A stretch of 14,326 bases of DNA, taken from contig JBDQPD010000089.1 of assembly GCA_040260805.1 (NCBI GenBank), positions 1 through 14,326 on the forward strand. The letters are read 5' to 3'. Positions 9,978-14,326 of the stretch are shown here, piece by piece. Position numbers and translations under genes: made by a program. Position 1 is the stretch's first letter. The number at the start of each line of letters is the position of its first letter. The notes under the pieces were generated by a model. That model made no database searches. It saw only the letters and a list, made by a program, of their open reading frames with translations, and was not told the DNA's origin. The stretch comes from Myxococcota bacterium. GTDB lineage: Bacteria; Myxococcota; UBA4151.

Positions 9978-11776
9978 CGGTTCACGGCACCCCATGAGCT
10001 CGGCCGTGGGCCATCATGCCAGTCGCCTGAGTGGTTGCTGTCTTGACCGGCGCGCCGCTGCAGCGAGGTGCTGCCGTTGGTGGCTTCATCGCCTAAGCCT
10101 TGCGCAGCGTGAGCCGAGAACGAGTCATCGACGAAGCCGCCTTCGGGCACCTCGCCTGCCTGTGTTGTCCATTCGCCAGCTTCCGCAACGGTAGCCGCCG
10201 CGCGCTCAGAGTCACCCGCCGCTGTTCCTGTCAGCGCATCCGAGACCAAGACAGCGTCTTGAATGAGCCCGCCGTTTCCGATGATTTGAAACACATTGTC
10301 GGTGGCAGTAAGTCCTCGATCGTTGCTCCAGACGTCCCAGGCGCTGTCCACGTGGCTGGCATGCTGCGCCGTCGGCAGCTCATCTTGACTCTGCGTCTCC
10401 GTGGTCGCTGCGCTGGGGTTGCAGCGGTCAGATCCCGAGTTCATGTGCACCACGATGCGGTCCTCGCTGGCGACCGTAATCGCCGGAAAGGTCACCAGCG
10501 TCGAGGTGCGCTCTTTCAGGACAAAGCCTTCGACCGAGCCGTTACCAAGAGCCACCAGCTCGATCCGGTCGCAGCCGCTGCTGATGTTCGCAGAGAGCTC
10601 CGTAATCCGCAGCCGCAAGCCCGCCTCAAAGCCGATGAACTCGGTGCTTCGACCGGCGGGATCAAGGGCGTTGCCAGCCGCATCGAGTAAGGTGTCATCG
10701 ACGCTCAGGTTATAGGTCTCACCGCCGGCTTGTTCCTCAGTGATCAGCAGGACCGTGTTGGGGCTGGCGAGTGAGGCCGACTCGACCCCTAAACCGTCAA
10801 CAGTGAACTGACCGCCGCCCGCTTGCAGGCTGTCTTCTCGCAGATCCCGGCTAAAGGTCATGCGCAGCGCGGTCGCTCGCGTGGCGACCGCTTCAAGGAT
10901 GATCGTGCCTGGGCAGTCAACGTTCGCCACGGCGCCAAGCTCATAGACCGACAGCTGCGCCGTGTCTCGGTAGCGCCACATCGGCCCGGTCGCGCGCAGC
11001 ACGCAGCCTGGCGCCAGATTGATCTCGGCTTGCAAGGTCTCAGGGATCCGAAAGATCAACCCCGAAGCCGGCAGTCCGTTGGTGTCGATCGCTGCGCCGA
11101 CGAAGCCGTTACCGGCAAACTCCATGCCGCCCACCAAGGTGATCTGGGCGCTGAGCAATTCGGCCTCATAGCTGCCAAGGTTACTGACCAGGTCATCGGC
11201 CTGAGAGACTTCTTGAACCATGGTGGCGAGGTCACCTCGCCCGACGACCTCAAGACCGGTCAGACCGGTCACGATGCGCTGACCGTAGGAGTCGGCGCAG
11301 TCGGTGGCTCGGAAGGTCACCAGCGAGCCATGCGTCAGCCCTGCAGGCGCAGGGTCGTAGGCGATGAACAAGCCTGGCCCTTGTTGGGTCGCTTGGACAA
11401 AGAATCCGGCGGCGTCGCGCCCGATCTCGCCGCGCACCGTGGTCACCATGACGCGGCCGACGGTGACGTCAATCGGTCCAGGCTCTGCGGCTCGGATCGA
11501 GGCGATGTCCTCTGCGGCTTGCGGGTCTGGCGTGGTGTCGCCTGAGCCGGCGTCTTGCGTGGCGCCTGCGTCCGCTGGGGTGCCCGCATCGGCGCTCACG
11601 CCAGCGTCGGTTACCCCCGTATCGCTTGGTGTGGTGCCTGCATCCACCGCAGCGCCGGTGTCGAGGGTCACCCCAGCATCAATGAGAGGTCGTAAGCCGG
11701 AATCGGTGCCAGGGTCGGGTGTTTCCGAGCCGCAAGCGATCACAGCGAGAAGAGCGAGCGAGGTGAGGATACGCAT
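9974..11776 (-). CDS. Multidomain lipoprotein: DAG linker, OB-fold-like region, Ig-like domain, lamin-tail-like domain (~600 aa)
   Basis: GGAGA RBS (ATG 11776 or TTG 11782); lipobox VIAC. IASIR...GFFVQ...GLFI resembles YhcR/ExeM-type OB folds, RMTFSRDL...LDAAGNAL resembles a bacterial Ig-like domain, and LRITEL...DRIEL resembles LTD. Domain calls are by eye. Confidence 0.8.
   Translation of the reverse strand: MRILTSLALLAVIACGSETPDPGTDSGLRPLIDAGVTLDTGAAVDAGTTPSDTGVTDAGVSADAGTPADAGATQDAGSGDTTPDPQAAEDIASIRAAEPGPIDVTVGRVMVTTVRGEIGRDAAGFFVQATQQGPGLFIAYDPAPAGLTHGSLVTFRATDCADSYGQRIVTGLTGLEVVGRGDLATMVQEVSQADDLVSNLGSYEAELLSAQITLVGGMEFAGNGFVGAAIDTNGLPASGLIFRIPETLQAEINLAPGCVLRATGPMWRYRDTAQLSVYELGAVANVDCPGTIILEAVATRATALRMTFSRDLREDSLQAGGGQFTVDGLGVESASLASPNTVLLITEEQAGGETYNLSVDDTLLDAAGNALDPAGRSTEFIGFEAGLRLRITELSANISSGCDRIELVALGNGSVEGFVLKERTSTLVTFPAITVASEDRIVVHMNSGSDRCNPSAATTETQSQDELPTAQHASHVDSAWDVWSNDRGLTATDNVFQIIGNGGLIQDAVLVSDALTGTAAGDSERAAATVAEAGEWTTQAGEVPEGGFVDDSFSAHAAQGLGDEATNGSTSLQRRAGQDSNHSGDWHDGPRPSSWGAVNR
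11546..11704 (-). repeat. Low-complexity D-[A/S/T]-G repeat linker (nine copies) in the lipoprotein
   Basis: DSG, DAG, DTG, DAG, DTG, DAG, DAG, DAG, DAG at roughly 5-8 residue spacing after the lipobox. Confidence 0.8.
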
Positions 11777-11804
11777 GTTCAAAGTTCTCCGCCTGCGCCG
11801 CCTA

Positions 11805-11834
11805 TCAGGCTTGGTCCTGAACGGGCAAGCCTGA
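11805..11834. promoter_or_regulatory. Intergenic inverted repeat
   Basis: TCAGGCTTG-N12-CAAGCCTGA, a perfect 9-bp stem about 30 nt upstream of the minus-strand lipoprotein start, with no poly-U tail. Function unknown. Confidence 0.5.
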
Positions 11835-11910
11835 GGCGTTGTCCCTTGAGCAAAATCACAGGACTGACACCTCCCGTCGCTTAAGGCTTCGAGCGTGGGC
11901 TCCAGCCGAC

Positions 11911-12486
11911 TTAATCGGGATCGCGCACGCAGCGGACGTAGCGCAGCGCCTCATCCTCTGTGTTGACGGGTCCAACGCCTAGGGTGTCGTGGCTGTGACG
12001 CGAGCACGAGAATTCACCGATGGGGGAGAAGCCCATGGTCACGCTCCACATCCCGCCTCGTGAGTCTCGACTGCGCTGCGCCCAGTAGGTGCCCTCTTCA
12101 TCGCTCGGGCAGGGCCCGCCAAAGCGGCTCGGCCAAGAGCAGCCCTCGCCCACGCTGCGCGTACAGATCAGCCGATAGGCGCGCCAGCCGGGCATCACCC
12201 AGTCCGAGTGACCGCCCAAGTTGAGCCTCGAGCAGTACAGGTCGCTGTCCTCGCGGTTGCGCTTGGTGTCGCTGGCGACCTTCTGCCACTCCATGTCCAT
12301 CTCAGGCCAGCTGATCACCCCGTTGCCCAGATCGATCATGCCATCCGGCGACACTGCGCCAGTATCCGCTGACGAGCTCCCAGCGTCGCGGCTTTGACCA
12401 CCACCGCCACCGCTGCGTGCGCCCGAGGTCGGTGGACCGCAAGCGATCAAGGCGAGGGTGCTTAGAGTCAGGATCCATCGAGTCAT
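11911..12486 (-). CDS. Lipoprotein with DUF1566 (Lcl-type) domain, 191 aa
   Basis: MTRWILTLSTLALIAC lipobox; MEWQK...YCSRLNLGGHSDWVMP, YW and terminal YVRCVRD follow the DUF1566 pattern. Confidence 0.8.
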   Translation of the reverse strand: MTRWILTLSTLALIACGPPTSGARSGGGGGQSRDAGSSSADTGAVSPDGMIDLGNGVISWPEMDMEWQKVASDTKRNREDSDLYCSRLNLGGHSDWVMPGWRAYRLICTRSVGEGCSWPSRFGGPCPSDEEGTYWAQRSRDSRGGMWSVTMGFSPIGEFSCSRHSHDTLGVGPVNTEDEALRYVRCVRDPD

Positions 12487-12568
12487 GGCGTCGTCCGTTC
12501 GTGCATCGCTCAGCATTGAGCGACCGCCGCACGCTGTCGAGGGGGTTTTTAGACGCCAAGGCTGAGCG

Positions 12569-12590
12569 TGTCAGTGGGCGCTGATAGGCT
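12569..12590 (+). promoter_or_regulatory. Promoter A: TGTCAG-N10-TAGGCT (PafBC/RecA-NDp-like architecture)
   Basis: TGTCAG 12569-12574, 10-nt spacer TGGGCGCTGA, TAGGCT 12585-12590; 40 nt upstream of a GTG start with an RBS. Confidence 0.6.
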
Positions 12591-12630
12591 CCTCTAAGCC
12601 AAAACAAACGTTGGATGAGGGAGCAGCGCC

Positions 12631-12828
12631 GTGACCACCTATTGTGTACGCTATCGAGTGATCCGAGACGGTCGGACCATCCAGCTCAGTAACTTTGAGT
12701 CTAAGACCTTAGCGGGCGTCAACGCGAAGTATCGCAAAATTGCGCGCAGTATTCACCGCGCCTTTGAGTTTCGCATCGAGACCTTAGACGAGTCGGTCAC
12801 CTGGATCGGCTGGGGCGAGGTGGACTAG
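12631..12828 (+). CDS. Small basic hypothetical protein, 65 aa
   Basis: GAGGGAG RBS 7 nt before GTG; fills the space between promoters A and B; protein-like alternating beta/alpha pattern. No family recognised. Confidence 0.65.
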   Translation: MTTYCVRYRVIRDGRTIQLSNFESKTLAGVNAKYRKIARSIHRAFEFRIETLDESVTWIGWGEVD

Positions 12829-12850
12829 CGCTTAGCGCTCCATGCGAGCG

Positions 12851-12872
12851 TGTCAGACCCCTGACTTAGGAT
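12851..12872 (+). promoter_or_regulatory. Promoter B: TGTCAG-N10-TAGGAT (PafBC/RecA-NDp-like architecture)
   Basis: TGTCAG 12851-12856, 10-nt spacer ACCCCTGACT, TAGGAT 12867-12872; shares GAGCGTGTCAG, TAAGCCAAA and TGGATG blocks with promoter A. Confidence 0.6.
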
Positions 12873-12896
12873 GAGCTTAAGCCAAAGGGGGTGTGG

Positions 12897-12971
12897 ATGG
12901 TGCGTTTCGCGAGGGTCTGGGTTGGGGTGATTTTAGGCGGTCTTGCTGGCCGGGCTCGAGGTGCGGTATGA
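12897..12971 (+). CDS. Putative 24-aa cationic/hydrophobic peptide MVRFARVWVGVILGGLAGRARGAV
   Basis: ATG 24 nt after promoter B with AGGGGG upstream; its TGA overlaps the next ATG (ATGA at 12968-12971). Too short for the supplied ORF track. Confidence 0.35.
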   Translation: MVRFARVWVGVILGGLAGRARGAV

Positions 12972-13195
12972 GTCAACACTCGGTTAATTGGTTTATGCAG
13001 TCGCCAGACTGCGGCCTTGAGCAGCTGCCTTGTCTCTGGGTCGCTCAGACGGTGCCGGCTTTGCCCGGCTACCTAGCGATCACTGGTGGAGAGGTCGGCT
13101 GGGGCGTTTATCTGCACCGCTCGTTGCAGAACAAGCGCCGCGTGGGCGAACCTAGACTCAAGGGCTGGCACCCCTCAACGGATGTAATTGGATGA
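12968..13195 (+). CDS. Hypothetical protein, 75 aa (MSQHSVNWF...)
   Basis: GAGGT RBS just upstream of ATG 12968; ATGA overlaps at both ends. It is the 3' part of the listed 12893-13195 frame. Confidence 0.5.
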   Translation: MSQHSVNWFMQSPDCGLEQLPCLWVAQTVPALPGYLAITGGEVGWGVYLHRSLQNKRRVGEPRLKGWHPSTDVIG

Positions 13196-13725
13196 ACAAC
13201 CTCCTGCGCAGCGATGTCCCTAATTTTACGCGTGTCGAGCGCTGGGACGGGCGGTTCTCTTTTGCGCCGCGCGTGCTCGCTCGTGCTCAGCCCGTCTACT
13301 TCGTACCTCAGCCTGCGCTTGGGCTTGGCACCTTGGCAACGAGCTCGCAGGCTCCGAAGCGCGCCAGGGCGCTGGTGAGCCCCGAGCCAGGTTTTTTGTT
13401 GCCTCAGCCTGCGTTTCAGCTGGGCGCTCCAGCGCCTAGCTCGTGGGTTGTACCGCGCGTCCAGGCGCTGGCGACCACCGAGCCGGTGACCTGCGCCCCG
13501 GACGACGTCTTCGCTGAGGACCCCAGCAGCTGGATCGTATGGTGTACCGAGGCCTTCGCTGCGCGCTGGTTGCTCGTGCTCAGCTGGAGCCTCCTCGCCG
13601 CCTGCATGCTTCAGATCGGTTTTGGAGCTCTGGCGCTGGGGGGCTTGGTCTCGAGCGACGCGCTGGTTGCCTTCGCCGAGTGGGTCGTCCAGACCGTGTG
13701 TTGGTTGGGGATCCCCCCGCGCTAG
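13192..13725 (+). CDS. Hypothetical membrane protein, 177 aa, with a Pro-rich 32-aa duplication and C-terminal hydrophobic segments
   Basis: ATGA overlap with the upstream ORF; C-terminal WLLVLSWSLLAACMLQIGFGALALGGLV is transmembrane-like; the stop shares CTAG with the convergent gene. Confidence 0.6.
   Translation: MNNLLRSDVPNFTRVERWDGRFSFAPRVLARAQPVYFVPQPALGLGTLATSSQAPKRARALVSPEPGFLLPQPAFQLGAPAPSSWVVPRVQALATTEPVTCAPDDVFAEDPSSWIVWCTEAFAARWLLVLSWSLLAACMLQIGFGALALGGLVSSDALVAFAEWVVQTVCWLGIPPR
13306..13488 (+). repeat. Degenerate 96-bp tandem duplication within the 177-aa ORF
   Basis: CCTCAGCCTGCG at 13306 and 13402; AGCTCG, GGCGCTGG and CCGAGCC also recur at a 96-nt period. Confidence 0.7.
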
Positions 13726-14120
13726 CCTGAGCCCACGCAGTCTCGCAGCGCGTCCAAGTCGCAGGTGGTCGCAAAAGCTTCAAAGCAGCCGGCGGTGTTG
13801 TTGCCTGGGGCGCTCAGGGTGGCGTATTCGACCAGGCACCAAGCACGCACGCCTTCGACCTGATCAGGGCATTGGGGCCTGATGATGGTGGCGAGCTGAT
13901 CGCAGGTTTGCTCGATGGTTGAACCGCCAGGCTCGGTGCCCGCATCGGCTGTGTCGCTGCCCGCATCGCCTGTCGGCGCGGAGGCATCGAGGCTGCCGCC
14001 GGCCCCGGCATCGCTAGCGCTTCCTGAGCCTCCTCGGCGGCTGCCGCCGCTGTTGCTCGAGGTGGGTGGACCGCAGGCGAGCAGCGCGGCGGTGGATAAG
14101 GCGATGAGCGGTAAGCGCAT
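13722..14120 (-). CDS. Small lipoprotein with six-cysteine C-terminal domain, 132 aa
   Basis: GGAG RBS 6 nt before ATG 14120; MRLPLIALSTAALLAC lipobox; Gly/Ser/DAG linker; six Cys in the last ~60 residues. Confidence 0.8.
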   Translation of the reverse strand: MRLPLIALSTAALLACGPPTSSNSGGSRRGGSGSASDAGAGGSLDASAPTGDAGSDTADAGTEPGGSTIEQTCDQLATIIRPQCPDQVEGVRAWCLVEYATLSAPGNNTAGCFEAFATTCDLDALRDCVGSG

Positions 14121-14326
14121 CGGACGCTCCAAGCGTTGAGTCGATCATCGTATCTCAAGGGTCGCCAGCGCTGTCGAGCCATGAGCTCATCAGGGGTGGG
14201 TTAGGGGATCCTGCGCCGCGGCGTCACCATCCCATTGAGCGCAGCCCTCAGCGCGTCGTTCGCGCAATGGATCTGAAATTGAATTCAGGCGTCGATGGGG
14301 TCAGTATGCGTCGCCGGGCGCTGTGC

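Noticed and set aside
10100..11834. Long plus-strand ORFs (10100-10690, 10823-11545, 11364-11834)
   Set aside because: Antisense shadows of the lipoprotein gene, expected in GC-rich DNA and lacking recognisable motifs.
11848..11869. Third TGTCAG on the minus strand (CTGACA at 11864-11869) as another PafBC-type promoter
   Set aside because: The hexamer 10 nt downstream is TTGCTC, not TAnnnT.
12535..12556. TGTCGA-GGGGGTTTTT-AGACGC as an extra copy of the promoter motif
   Set aside because: Both the hexamer and the -10 position deviate; the nearest TA is at 9-nt spacing and lacks the final T.
12827..12839. AGCGCT-T-AGCGCT dyad after the 65-aa gene as a terminator
   Set aside because: Short stem and no U-tract; AGCGCT is common in this window.
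12564..12899. Repeated units as a CRISPR array or integron attC sites
   Set aside because: Only two degenerate copies with a gene between them; no cas or integrase gene, and no RYYYAAC...GTTRRRY ends with a long hairpin.
12893..12967. GTG start giving the 100-aa ORF 12893-13195
   Set aside because: Its RBS spacing is poor, whereas ATG 12968 has GAGGT upstream and an ATGA overlap. The longer start is not strictly excluded.

Overview
GC-rich bacterial DNA, probably from a Myxococcota-like deltaproteobacterium (inferred from a myxobacterial Cys-rich repeat and DAG-linker lipoproteins). The left and centre are housekeeping: hrpB helicase (minus) diverges from an Rrf2-regulator-sufB-sufC-sufD-sufS operon that has no sufE/sufU/sufA/sufT and runs straight into an SGNH-family gene. 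Next come a SAM methyltransferase and several minus-strand lipoproteins sharing one N-terminal design (lipobox, Gly/Ser/DAG linker, variable C-terminal domain). The most unusual part is 12560-13725. Two near-duplicated promoters 282 bp apart each match TGTCAG-N10-TAnnnT, the architecture of the actinobacterial PafBC/RecA-independent DNA-damage promoter. They precede four small unrecognised ORFs, three of which are chained by ATGA stop/start overlaps. The first ~90 bp are AT-rich, hold a GTAG-type REP-like hairpin and appear to cut off the adjacent lipoprotein gene. All calls are by eye; no database searches were run.
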